This document shows positions 34,506-43,532 of a stretch of DNA of 64,000 nucleotides, piece after piece. Numbering within the stretch: the first letter of the stretch is position 1; the number at the start of each line of letters is the position of its first letter. Under the pieces are notes generated by a model. It ran no database searches. It was given only the letters and a program-made list of their open reading frames with translations, and was not told the DNA's origin. The stretch is from an uncultured Actinomycetes bacterium (lineage in GTDB: Bacteria > Actinomycetota > UBA4738 > JBBDHU01). A program made the translations under genes and the position numbers. The stretch spans positions 81,609-145,608 of the forward strand of contig CAZXFL010000001.1 in NCBI GenBank assembly GCA_964640385.1, in the 5' to 3' direction.

Positions 34506-35630
34506 ATGAGGCTGTCATATACGAGCCTCAACACCTACGAAACCTGCCCCGCCAAGTACCGCTTCTCCTACCTCGAACGGATCCCCGGCAAGGCCGCGCC
34601 GGCGCTGTCCTTCGGCGATTCATTGCACCAAGCCCTCTATCGCTTCCACAACCGGCCCGTGCCTGTCGCGCCGTCGCTCGATGAACTCCTCGAGACACTT
34701 GAGCACGTCTGGGTCTCCGATGGCTACGCCAGCGAGGGCGAGGAGCAGAGCTACTACGACCACGGGCGCCAGGTCCTGACCCAGTACCACGTCGAGAACG
34801 CGGACAGCTACCGGATCCCGGCGGCGGCGGAGTCGCGGTTCGCGATCGACGTCGAGGGCGTGCAACTGACCGGCGTCATCGACCGGATGGACCGGATCCC
34901 CGGCGGCGGCTACGAGATCATCGACTACAAGACCAACCGGCGCCTGCCGCCGCAGGCCCGCATCGATCAGGACCTCCAGCTATCCGTCTACTACCTCGCG
35001 GCGCGTGAGGTGTGGGGCATCGAACCCGAGCGCCTGACCCTGTACTACCTGCTCCCCGGCCAGCGGATGTCCACGACCCGCTCCTCCGCCGACGCCGACG
35101 AGTTGCGCCGCCGCATCGCGACGGCCGCCGAGCGGATCGAGGCCGGCAAGTTCGAAGCCCGCGAGAACCCCCTCTGCGACTGGTGCGACTTCCAGCGGCT
35201 GTGCCCGGTATTCCGGCACCGCTTCGAGCAGGAGGAAGGCGACCTGGCGCCGAAGATGACCGAGGTCGTAGACGAGTGGATCGGGCTCAAGCGCGAGGGC
35301 CGGCGCGTCTACAGGCGGATCGACGAGCTCGCTGGCCTGATCAACGCGTTCTGCGACGAGCACGGGTACAAGCGCCTCTTCGGAACCGACGGCGCAGCCA
35401 TCTCGCGCCGGACCCAGCACGTCTCGCAGCCGGACGAGGAGCGCCTCCGCCAGATCCTCGAACCGCTGGGACTGTGGGAGCAGATCCTGTCGGTCGACAC
35501 GCAGAAACTGAACGAGCTGATCGAGAGCCGCAGACTCCCGCCCGATGTCGAAGACGCCGTCCTCGCCTCGCGCGAAGAGGTCCGCACCCAGTTCGCCCTG
35601 TGGCTCAAGGAGCCGGCGAAGACCCGCTAG
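34506..35630 (+). CDS. PD-(D/E)XK RecB-family (Cas4-like) nuclease with 4-Cys Fe-S staple and C-terminal extension
   Basis: LSYTSL..Y.TCP, G..LH..L, GVIDRMD, IIDYKT, QLSVY, CDWCDFQRLC. Confidence 0.9.
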   Translation: MRLSYTSLNTYETCPAKYRFSYLERIPGKAAPALSFGDSLHQALYRFHNRPVPVAPSLDELLETLEHVWVSDGYASEGEEQSYYDHGRQVLTQYHVENADSYRIPAAAESRFAIDVEGVQLTGVIDRMDRIPGGGYEIIDYKTNRRLPPQARIDQDLQLSVYYLAAREVWGIEPERLTLYYLLPGQRMSTTRSSADADELRRRIATAAERIEAGKFEARENPLCDWCDFQRLCPVFRHRFEQEEGDLAPKMTEVVDEWIGLKREGRRVYRRIDELAGLINAFCDEHGYKRLFGTDGAAISRRTQHVSQPDEERLRQILEPLGLWEQILSVDTQKLNELIESRRLPPDVEDAVLASREEVRTQFALWLKEPAKTR

Positions 35631-36522
35631 CCCGGCCGAGACGATCGAGTGCCTCGCGTAGGTCCTCCGGTAGCTCGGCCTCGCAGTCGATCCGTTCACC
35701 GGTGATCGGGTGGGTGAACGCCAGCCGCCACGAGTGCAGGAACGGGCGGGTCAGGCCGAGCCGCTTCGCGTCGTCGCCGCCACCGCCGTAGGTCTTGTCC
35801 CCCAGGATCGGGTGCCCGATCGCGGACAGGTGCACGCGGATCTGGTGGGTCCGTCCGGTCCGGGGCGTTCCCTCGAGCAGCGCCGCCCGGTCGAACCGTT
35901 CCAGCACCTCGAACGCCGTCTCGGCTGCGCGCCCGGCGACCGGCCGGACCACGATCTTGGCCCGCTTCCGTTCCAGGGGTGCGTCCACCACGAACCGGTC
36001 GTTCTCGGGGACGCCCCGCACCAGCGCCAGGTACCGGCGATCGACGGCATGCTCGCGCAGCATGTCTTGCAGCGCCTCGAACGACCGGTCGTCCTTCGCG
36101 ACGATCATCAGCCCCGAGGTACCGGCGTCGAGCCGATGGACGATCCCCGGCCGCGACGGACCTCCGGCGGGAGCCAGCGGCACACCCATCCCGAGCAGCC
36201 GGTTCACCAGCGTGCCCGTCCGCCGGCCCGCCGTGGGGTGGGTCACCAACCCTGCCAGCTTGTCGATCACCGCCAGATGCTCGTCGTCCCACAGGATCGG
36301 GACCGGCGGACCCTCGGGAACCAGCGCCACGTCCGCTGCTAGGTCGACCGTGATGCGTTCCCCTCCAGTGAGACCGAAGGACTTCGAGCGCGACGCACCA
36401 TCGACCTGCACGCGGCCCGCTTCGATCGCTCGTTGAACATCGGCTCGCGGAACGCCCAGCTCCTCCGCGATCAAGCGATCGAGCCGGCCCGCGCCGATGG
36501 CGACGAATTCAGTCGCCCCCAT
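35605..36522 (-). CDS. RluA/RluD family pseudouridine synthase
   Basis: S4 domain RLD, GIVHRLDAGTSG, TGRTHQIRVH, GDKTYG. Confidence 0.95.
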   Translation of the reverse strand: MGATEFVAIGAGRLDRLIAEELGVPRADVQRAIEAGRVQVDGASRSKSFGLTGGERITVDLAADVALVPEGPPVPILWDDEHLAVIDKLAGLVTHPTAGRRTGTLVNRLLGMGVPLAPAGGPSRPGIVHRLDAGTSGLMIVAKDDRSFEALQDMLREHAVDRRYLALVRGVPENDRFVVDAPLERKRAKIVVRPVAGRAAETAFEVLERFDRAALLEGTPRTGRTHQIRVHLSAIGHPILGDKTYGGGGDDAKRLGLTRPFLHSWRLAFTHPITGERIDCEAELPEDLREALDRLGRASGSSPAP

Positions 36523-37036
36523 CGCTCGTCCCGTCGGCGCCGTCGGTCTCCGTGGCATCGCCCTCGTCATCGTGGTCCCGTCGGATCCCCGCGAGCACCA
36601 GGAGGAGCGCGCCCAGCACGATCGCGGTGTCGGCTACGTTGAACACCGGCCAGATCCGGAAGTCGATGAAGTCGGTGACCTTGCCATCCAGGGACAGGCC
36701 ACCCGAGAGCCGGTCGGCGAGGTTGCCCAGCGCCCCGCCCAGGATCATCCCCAGCGCGACCGCAACGAACGGCCGCTTGATCCGCGCCGCGGCCCATACG
36801 ATCGCGATCGACACACCGATCGTCGCCAGCGCGAACAGCCACGGCAGACCCTCCAGTAACCCGAACGCGCCGCCGGTGTTCGTCGTGTACGTGAGGTGCA
36901 GCACCCGGGGGATGACGACGATCGGCGGTCCGTCCGCAAGGAACCCACGGGCCAGGACCTTCGTTCCGGCGTCGAGCAGCAGCACGACTACCGCGGAAAG
37001 GTACAGCCAGCGCGCGGGGCGCTGCAGCAGGTTCAC
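36509..37036 (-). CDS. lspA: signal peptidase II
   Basis: NTGGAFG, GGALGNLADR, VTDFID, FNVAD; GTGA overlap with dksA-like stop. Confidence 0.96.
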   Translation of the reverse strand: MNLLQRPARWLYLSAVVVLLLDAGTKVLARGFLADGPPIVVIPRVLHLTYTTNTGGAFGLLEGLPWLFALATIGVSIAIVWAAARIKRPFVAVALGMILGGALGNLADRLSGGLSLDGKVTDFIDFRIWPVFNVADTAIVLGALLLVLAGIRRDHDDEGDATETDGADGTSDGGD

Positions 37037-37419
37037 CGAAGGCGAGCTTCGGCCTGGGCGTCTTTGATGCAGAGGGTGGCGTACGGGAGGGCCTTCACCC
37101 GGGCCTTCTCGATCATCTTGCCGCATCGCTCACAGACCCCGAACTTCCCGTCGTCCATGCGCTCGAGGGCGTGGCCGATCTTCTGGATCAGGTCGCGGAC
37201 GTTGTTCTCGATCGAGAGGGCGGACTCGCGCTCCAGCGTGAAACTCCCGGCGTCCGCGAACTCCTCGTCGAAGCCCGTCTCGCCGGACATCTCCGCCTGG
37301 GTTCCAGAGAAGGATTCCTCCTCGATGTCCTTGAGCTGGGTCGCCAGCTCTACGCGCTCCTGCTCCAGGCGCTTGCGGATGTCCTTCAGCTCGTCCCTGG
37401 TGAACGGTTTCGCCGCCAT
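37033..37419 (-). CDS. TraR/DksA family zinc-finger protein
   Basis: coiled coil with FADAGS...ERE, ALERMDDGKFGVCERCG..I..AR..ALP.A.LC; it is the C-terminal part of the listed 877-aa frame. Confidence 0.92.
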   Translation of the reverse strand: MAAKPFTRDELKDIRKRLEQERVELATQLKDIEEESFSGTQAEMSGETGFDEEFADAGSFTLERESALSIENNVRDLIQKIGHALERMDDGKFGVCERCGKMIEKARVKALPYATLCIKDAQAEARLR

Positions 37420-37596
37420 AGCTGGGGGATGGTAGCACCGAGCACCCGGCAGGGCCGAGGGTTCGCGCACGGACCTGCCTAACGGTCGGTCGGTCGTGCC
37501 TGGATATCTGGCTCGGTCCGACCCCATGCCACTGGGGGCGACCTCGGCACCACTACGGACGGCGACGGTCGCCGCCGCTGTAGGATGCTCCCTGAA

Positions 37597-37870
37597 CGGC
37601 GACGACGGGAACGAGTACGGTCGGCGCCCTCGCCAAGAGCGAGCCGGGGACGGTGCGAGCCCGGCGGCGAGACCGGCCCGAAGATCCTCCCCGAGCCGCT
37701 GCCCGAACGGACGGACGCCACGGCGGCCATCCCAGTAGACGCAGCCGGGTCCGCCCGTGACCGCGGGAGACGGTGTTCGCCGCCGGCAAGGGGTCGCGTC
37801 CGTGAGGGGGCGGCAAGCGGGGTGGTACCGCGGGGCTCGCGCCTCGTCCCCACGAGGGACGGGGCGCTTT
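37597..37870 (+). promoter_or_regulatory. Ile T-box riboswitch
   Basis: stem I with AG box and GGTGCGA loop, specifier ATC at 37684-37686, T-box AAGCGGGGTGGTACCGCG 37815-37832, hairpin 37839-37867 then TTT. Confidence 0.92.
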
Positions 37871-37893
37871 CGCGTTCCATGGGAGGAAAGCGA

Positions 37894-40800
37894 GTGAGCA
37901 GGTTCGAGCCGGTCGATCCGAAGGTGAGCTTCCCCGCGCTCGAGGAGCGCATCCTCGCGTTCTGGAAGGACGCCGAGGTCTTCGCCAAGAGCCTCGACCT
38001 GCGGGCGGGCGCGCCGGAGTGGGTCTTCTACGAGGGGCCGCCCACGGCGAACGGCCGGCCCGGCATCCATCACGTCGAACCGCGCACCTTCAAGGACGTC
38101 TACCCCCGCTTCAAGACGATGACCGGCTACTCGGTCCCGCGGAAAGCAGGGTGGGATTGCCACGGACTGCCCGTGGAACTTGAGGTCGAGAAGGAGATCG
38201 GGACCACGACCAAGAGCGACATCGAGGCGTTCGGCATCGAGGAGTTCACCCGCCTGTGCCGTGAGTCGGTGACGCGTTACGTCGACGACTGGGAAAGACT
38301 CACCGAGCGGATCGGGTTCTGGCTGGACCTGTCTGACGCGTACTGGACGATGTCGACCGAGTACGTCGAGAGTGTGTGGTGGTCCCTCAAGCGCCTCTTC
38401 GACGAGGGCCTGCTGGTCGAGGACCATAAGGTCACCGCCTACTGCCCGCGCTGCGGGACGGCGCTCTCGGACGCGGAGGTCGCGCTCGGCTACGAGGAGA
38501 CCGACGATCCGAGCGTCTTCCTCAAGCTCGAGATCACGGACTGCCCGGCGGACGAGGATCTGGTCGGCGCGAAGATCGCCGTTTGGACCACCACGCCCTG
38601 GACCCTGCTCTCGAACCTCGGCCTGGCTATCGCGCCCGGCGAGACCTACACCGTCGTCGAGCACGGCGGCGAGATGCTGATCATCGCCGAGCCGTTGCGC
38701 GAGAAGGTCCTCCCCGGCGCGAAGGAACTCGCGGACCTGCCCGGCGAGCTGCTGGTCGGCGCCCGCTACGCGCCGCCCTTCGAGAACGTCGAGGAGGGCT
38801 CGACCCACACGATCGTCGCCGGAGACTTCGTGTCGATGGACGACGGCACCGGCGTCGTGCACATCGCACCGGCGTTCGGTGCCGACGACCTCGAGATCGG
38901 CCGCGCGAACGGCTGGCCCGTGTTCAACCCGGTCGATGCGGAGGGCAAGTTCACCGGCGACGCACCGGAGTTCGTCCATGGACGGTTCGTCAAGGACGCT
39001 GACCCGCACATCATCGAGGACCTGGAGCGACGCGGGCTGCTGCTCAGGGCCGAGACCTACACGCACAGCTACCCCTTCTGCTGGCGTTGCAAGACGCCGC
39101 TCCTGTACTACGCACGCACGTCCTGGTACGTCCGTACCACCGCGAAGAAGGACCGCCTCCTCGAGGTCAACCAGGGCGTGAACTGGTTCCCCGAACACAT
39201 CAAGGACGGCCGGTACGGGAACTGGTTGGCGAACAACGTCGACTGGGCACTCTCGCGAGACCGCTACTGGGGAACGCCGCTCCCGATCTGGCGGTGCGAA
39301 GACGGCCACACGACCGCCGTCGGCTCGCTGGAGGAGCTCGGCTCGCTCGCGGGCCGTGACGTGAGCGGTGTGGATCCGCATCGGCCGGCGATCGACGAGG
39401 TCACGCTCCCTTGCCCGGGCTGCGGGAAGGAGGCTCGCCGCCTCACCGAAGTGATCGACGCCTGGTACGACTCCGGCGCGATGCCGTTCGCGCAGTGGGG
39501 TTACCCCTACGCCGACGGGAGCCGCGAACGCTTCGAGCGCCGGTTCCCTGCCGACTTCATCTCTGAGGCCATCGACCAGACGCGCGGGTGGTTCTACACG
39601 CTGATGGCCGAAGGGGTCCTGCACTTCGACGACACGCCGTACCGCAACGTGGTCTGCCTCGGACACATCGTCGACGTGGACGGGCGCAAGATGTCCAAGT
39701 CCCTCGGCAACGCGATCGACCCCTGGGACGTTCTGAACCGCCAGGGCGCCGATGCGCTGCGCTGGTTCCTGCTGACCAGCGGCTCCCCCTGGGCGTCACG
39801 GCGGATCGGCATGGAGATCCTCGACAAGAGCGTCCGCCAGTTCCTCCTCACGCTCTGGAACGTCTACTCGTTCTTCGTGACCTACGCGAACGCCGACGGA
39901 TTCGACCCGGAGGCGGCGGCGGAGGTGCCGACGGCGGATCGTCCACTGCTGGACCGCTGGCTCCTGTCCCAGCTCGCCGATACGGTCCGCACCGCGCGCG
40001 AGGGACTGGAGGCCTACGACGCGACCGGCGCTGGGCGGCGCATCGCCACCTTCGTGGACGACCTGTCCAACTGGTACGTACGGCGCGCCCGGCGGCGCTT
40101 CTGGGACCCGGGCGGCGAGGCGAACGCGGCCGACAAGGTAGCCGCGTACCGCACGCTGCACGAGAGCCTGGTGACGCTCTCCCAGCTCCTGGCGCCGTTC
40201 ACGCCCTTCGTGGCGGAGGAACTCTGGCGCAACCTCTCCGGGCCGGGAGCGCCCGAGTCGGTTCACCTGTCGGACTACCCAGAGCCCGACACGAGCGACG
40301 TCGACGCCACGCTGGACGTCACCATGCAGGCCGCGAGGGACATCGCGTCGCTCGGCCGGACCGTTCGCAGCGACGCCCGTGTCAAGGTCCGCCGACCGCT
40401 GGCGGAGGCGATCGTGCACTACTCAGGCGACCGCGAGGCACTCCAGCCGCTGCTCGGCGTCATCGCGGAAGAGCTGAACGTGAAGGAGGTTGTCTTCACC
40501 GAATCCACGGAGCAACTCGGCGGGTGGCGCGCCAAGCCCAACTTCAAGGTGCTCGGCCCCAAGCTGGGGAAGCGAGTGAAGTCACTCGCGGAAGCGCTTG
40601 CCGCCGACGACGGGACCCTCGCGGCTGCTCTCGGCCGCGGCGAACAGGTTCAGCTCTCGCTCGGCGGCCTCAAGAAGGTGGGCATCGAGCCGGGTGACGT
40701 GGACCTGACCCAGGAGACCAAGGCCGGATGGGGCGTGGCTACCGACGGCGCGTTGACCGTCGCCTTGGACCTGGAGCCCACCCCGCAGCTCAAGCAGGAG

Positions 40801-41052
40801 GGGCTCGCACGCGACCTCGTTCGGGTGATCCAGGACGCGCGCAAGGCCGCCCGTCTGGACGTGTCAGACCGCATCGAACTCGGTGTCGATGCCTCGGGTT
40901 CGGTCTCGGAGGCGCTCGATGCGTTCGGCGACTACATCAGCGGGGAAACGCTGGCGACGTCGATCACGCCGGGCGAACTCGAGGGCGACGTACACCGCGA
41001 AACCGCAGATCTCGAGGGACTCCCGATCACGGTCACACTCCGCCGCGCCTGA
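37894..41052 (+). CDS. ileS: isoleucine--tRNA ligase (type 2)
   Basis: YEGPPTANG, GIHH, GWDCHGLP, WTTTPWTL, SRDRYWGTPLP, KMSKS, no C-terminal Zn finger; GGGAGG SD before GTG 37894. Confidence 0.98.
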   Translation: MSRFEPVDPKVSFPALEERILAFWKDAEVFAKSLDLRAGAPEWVFYEGPPTANGRPGIHHVEPRTFKDVYPRFKTMTGYSVPRKAGWDCHGLPVELEVEKEIGTTTKSDIEAFGIEEFTRLCRESVTRYVDDWERLTERIGFWLDLSDAYWTMSTEYVESVWWSLKRLFDEGLLVEDHKVTAYCPRCGTALSDAEVALGYEETDDPSVFLKLEITDCPADEDLVGAKIAVWTTTPWTLLSNLGLAIAPGETYTVVEHGGEMLIIAEPLREKVLPGAKELADLPGELLVGARYAPPFENVEEGSTHTIVAGDFVSMDDGTGVVHIAPAFGADDLEIGRANGWPVFNPVDAEGKFTGDAPEFVHGRFVKDADPHIIEDLERRGLLLRAETYTHSYPFCWRCKTPLLYYARTSWYVRTTAKKDRLLEVNQGVNWFPEHIKDGRYGNWLANNVDWALSRDRYWGTPLPIWRCEDGHTTAVGSLEELGSLAGRDVSGVDPHRPAIDEVTLPCPGCGKEARRLTEVIDAWYDSGAMPFAQWGYPYADGSRERFERRFPADFISEAIDQTRGWFYTLMAEGVLHFDDTPYRNVVCLGHIVDVDGRKMSKSLGNAIDPWDVLNRQGADALRWFLLTSGSPWASRRIGMEILDKSVRQFLLTLWNVYSFFVTYANADGFDPEAAAEVPTADRPLLDRWLLSQLADTVRTAREGLEAYDATGAGRRIATFVDDLSNWYVRRARRRFWDPGGEANAADKVAAYRTLHESLVTLSQLLAPFTPFVAEELWRNLSGPGAPESVHLSDYPEPDTSDVDATLDVTMQAARDIASLGRTVRSDARVKVRRPLAEAIVHYSGDREALQPLLGVIAEELNVKEVVFTESTEQLGGWRAKPNFKVLGPKLGKRVKSLAEALAADDGTLAAALGRGEQVQLSLGGLKKVGIEPGDVDLTQETKAGWGVATDGALTVALDLEPTPQLKQEGLARDLVRVIQDARKAARLDVSDRIELGVDASGSVSEALDAFGDYISGETLATSITPGELEGDVHRETADLEGLPITVTLRRA

Positions 41053-41062
41053 GGAGAGGCCG

Positions 41063-41992
41063 TTACTCCTCGCCCCAGAAGAGCTCGCGGAGTGAACGCT
41101 GCTCTTGCGGCCTGCCCGTGTCGGTCACTTCCGTCTGGGCCTCCGCCTGCTCGAAGGAGGCCTCGTCGACCGACGGAACCTCGGCCGGCGTCCCAATGAT
41201 CGGAGCCTCGATGATGGGCGTCTCCCCGGTAGGCGTGTCCACCTCGGAGGGCGGGATAGAGATGACCGTCTCGGTCTCGGTCTCGGTCTCGGTCACCACG
41301 GGCGCGGCAGCCGGAGAAGCCGTCGCCGTCCATGCAGAATCGACGACCGGCGGTGGGACCGAGGCCCGAGCCTCGGGCGGCACCGAAGCCGACGCCGACC
41401 CCGCTGCCTCAGCGGCCTCCGGGGCCGGAGTGGGTACCGCTGATCCCGCATCCGGTGTGCTCGGCACGGCCGACGTGGCCACGCCGGTCGATGAGCCCGC
41501 CTTCATCTGCTGCTGGAAGGTCTTGGCCATCTCTCGGATGGTGTCGGCGTGCTGCTGGATCGTTCCGGCCATCCCGTGGAGGAAGTCACGTTCTTGCTTG
41601 AGGAACCCCTGCACGGCGGCCTTGTCGCCGCCCCCCGGGCTGCTCGCCTCCCCGCCCATCGCGGCCGCTCGGGCGCGCGCGTCAGCCAGAACCGCCGCGG
41701 CCTCCTGCTGCGCCTGGGCCCTGATCGCATCGGCATCAGCCGATCCGGCCGGGTTCCCTCCGACGGCCGGCAATCCGGCCCCTGAGCGCAGACGCCTGTT
41801 CTCCTCGGTCAAGCGCGTGTACTGCTCGGTCAGGGTGTCGAGGAACTCATCGACGTCCTTCTCGTTGTAGCCCCGGAATGCCTGCCGGAACGCCTGCTGC
41901 TGGATATCCAGCGGCGTCAATCCCGGTCCGGCGGGCTGATCCGCCCCCGGCTCGAGACCCGTTTCTTCCTTTTCCTTCTTCTTCTTGAACAT
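41063..41992 (-). CDS. divIVA: DivIVA domain protein with long low-complexity tail
   Basis: LTPLDI...F....RGYNEKDVDEFLD, coiled coil; position after yggT. Confidence 0.88.
   Translation of the reverse strand: MFKKKKEKEETGLEPGADQPAGPGLTPLDIQQQAFRQAFRGYNEKDVDEFLDTLTEQYTRLTEENRRLRSGAGLPAVGGNPAGSADADAIRAQAQQEAAAVLADARARAAAMGGEASSPGGGDKAAVQGFLKQERDFLHGMAGTIQQHADTIREMAKTFQQQMKAGSSTGVATSAVPSTPDAGSAVPTPAPEAAEAAGSASASVPPEARASVPPPVVDSAWTATASPAAAPVVTETETETETVISIPPSEVDTPTGETPIIEAPIIGTPAEVPSVDEASFEQAEAQTEVTDTGRPQEQRSLRELFWGEE
41268..41291. repeat. hexamer repeat (gtctcg)x4 encoding TETETET in the DivIVA tail
   Basis: read directly. Confidence 0.85.
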
Positions 41993-42039
41993 GGCTCACC
42001 CCCAGGGCCGCGGGGAAGGCAGCTTGCGAGGAAGCGTCA

Positions 42040-42327
42040 TCAGCATATCGCGGTCCGCAAGACCATCAGGATGACGAAGGCGATGATGGGCGAAAGGTCC
42101 AGCCCGACGGCTCCCGCCCGGATCGGTGGGAGCAGCTTGCTCAGGGGCTTGAGCACCGGGTCCGTGAGGTCCATCAGGAGTGTGTGGAGGGTCTTCCCGG
42201 GGCCCGAGAACGGCACCGGGAACCACGACCAGATGATCCGCGCGAACAGGATGATCCAGTAGATGGAGAGGGCGACGCAGATGATGCGGACAACGACGTT
42301 GTTGGGCGCGACTTGTGCGAGCATCAC
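42040..42327 (-). CDS. YggT family membrane protein
   Basis: ARIIWSW, LTDPVLKPL, GLDLSP motifs; between sepF and divIVA. Confidence 0.92.
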   Translation of the reverse strand: MMLAQVAPNNVVVRIICVALSIYWIILFARIIWSWFPVPFSGPGKTLHTLLMDLTDPVLKPLSKLLPPIRAGAVGLDLSPIIAFVILMVLRTAIC

Positions 42328-42339
42328 GGCGCCGACCGG

Positions 42340-42822
42340 CTAGAACTGGTTGTAGAAGCCGCCCTCACGGAGTCGTTCGCGTTCCTCCGCGGACACCTCC
42401 ATGTTGGCCGGCGTCAGCAGGTAGACGCGGTTGGCGACGGTTTCGATCGCCCCGTCGAGTCCGTACACGAGGCCCGACGCGAAGTCGACGAGGCGCCGGG
42501 CGATGGCATCGTCGGTGCTCTGGAGGTTCATGATCACCGGCACGCCCTCCTTGTACCGGTCCCCGACCTCCCGTGCGTCGTTGAAGCGCTTCGGTTCGGT
42601 CTTGTGGATAGACCCGCCCGACGGGCCGGCGCGCGCCGGCGAGATGGTCCGGACGACCGGATCGTGCGCCGCGGTACTGGTTCCAGACCTCGAGGAACGG
42701 CCCAGCCTGCGAACGGGCGCTGGCTCGGCTGCGACCTCGGCTCCGATGTCGTCCAGGTCCTCGTATTCGTCGTCCTCGACGAGCCCGAGGTACGAGAGCG
42801 TCTTCTTCCACACGCCGGCCAT
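42340..42822 (-). CDS. sepF: cell division protein SepF
   Basis: N-terminal amphipathic WKKTLSYLGLVED, PVIMNL, RRLVDFASGL, LLTP; GGAGG SD. Confidence 0.95.
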   Translation of the reverse strand: MAGVWKKTLSYLGLVEDDEYEDLDDIGAEVAAEPAPVRRLGRSSRSGTSTAAHDPVVRTISPARAGPSGGSIHKTEPKRFNDAREVGDRYKEGVPVIMNLQSTDDAIARRLVDFASGLVYGLDGAIETVANRVYLLTPANMEVSAEERERLREGGFYNQF

Positions 42823-42833
42823 CTCCGATCCTC

Positions 42834-43532
42834 CTACGGTGTCCGGGTCACCGGCCGTTCGCCGAACAGCGCGGTTCCGACCCGCACCATCGTAGCGCCT
42901 TCCTCTACCGCCACGCCGTAATCCAGGGACATTCCCATGGAAAGTTCCACCGCCTGGGGGTGGGCCTCGACGACCCGGTCCCGCAGCTCCCGGAGGCGAA
43001 CGAACCAGGGGCGGGCGTCCTCGGCCGTTTCCGGGATCGGCGGCAAGGTCATCAGGCCCCGGAGCTCGACCCCCTCGAGGCCGGCGACCAGGTCGGCGAA
43101 GGCCTCCACGCCGTGGGCCGGGGTCCCGGTCCGCGCTCCGGTGAAGTCCACCTGGATCAGGGCCGGGATCCGCCGGCCCTGGGCCGCTGCTCGTTTGGCC
43201 AGCCGCAGTGTCGCCCGTCCCGGGACCAGGGTGTGGACCCAGTCCGCGGTTTCGGCCACGCGGTGTGCGGTATTGCTCTGGAGGGTTCCGATGAAGTGCC
43301 ATGCGACGCCGGCCACCGCCTCGCGCTTGACGACGAGTTCCTGGACGTAGTTCTCGCCGAAGTCGCTCACGCCGAGTGCTGCGGCTTCGGCGAGGTACCC
43401 GGCCGACACGTACTTACCGATCGCCACGAGAGTGACGTCCTCGGCGGACCTCCCCGATCGCGCCGCCGCATCCTCGATCCCGGCCCGGGTCGACGCGAGC
43501 CGCGAAGGCATGTCGGAGGCAGCGCCGTTCAT
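42834..43532 (-). CDS. YggS family PLP homeostasis protein
   Basis: VAIGK, FGENYVQE, WHFIGTLQSN, GLMT, LSMGMS, VRVGTALFG. Confidence 0.95.
   Translation of the reverse strand: MNGAASDMPSRLASTRAGIEDAAARSGRSAEDVTLVAIGKYVSAGYLAEAAALGVSDFGENYVQELVVKREAVAGVAWHFIGTLQSNTAHRVAETADWVHTLVPGRATLRLAKRAAAQGRRIPALIQVDFTGARTGTPAHGVEAFADLVAGLEGVELRGLMTLPPIPETAEDARPWFVRLRELRDRVVEAHPQAVELSMGMSLDYGVAVEEGATMVRVGTALFGERPVTRTP

Noticed and set aside
34506-35630. Cas4-like gene as sign of a CRISPR system
   Set aside because: No repeat-spacer array or other cas gene anywhere in the window
37420-39666. 877-aa minus ORF overlapping ileS, and other long shadow ORFs (21872..24382, 30863..33259, 57468..59144)
   Set aside because: Antisense frames of high-GC genes with no motifs; only 37033-37419 (DksA-like) of the 877-aa frame is real
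37894-41052. ileS inverted relative to neighbours as a recent rearrangement
   Set aside because: As I recall, the same divIVA / inverted ileS / dksA-lspA-rluA layout occurs in Streptomyces
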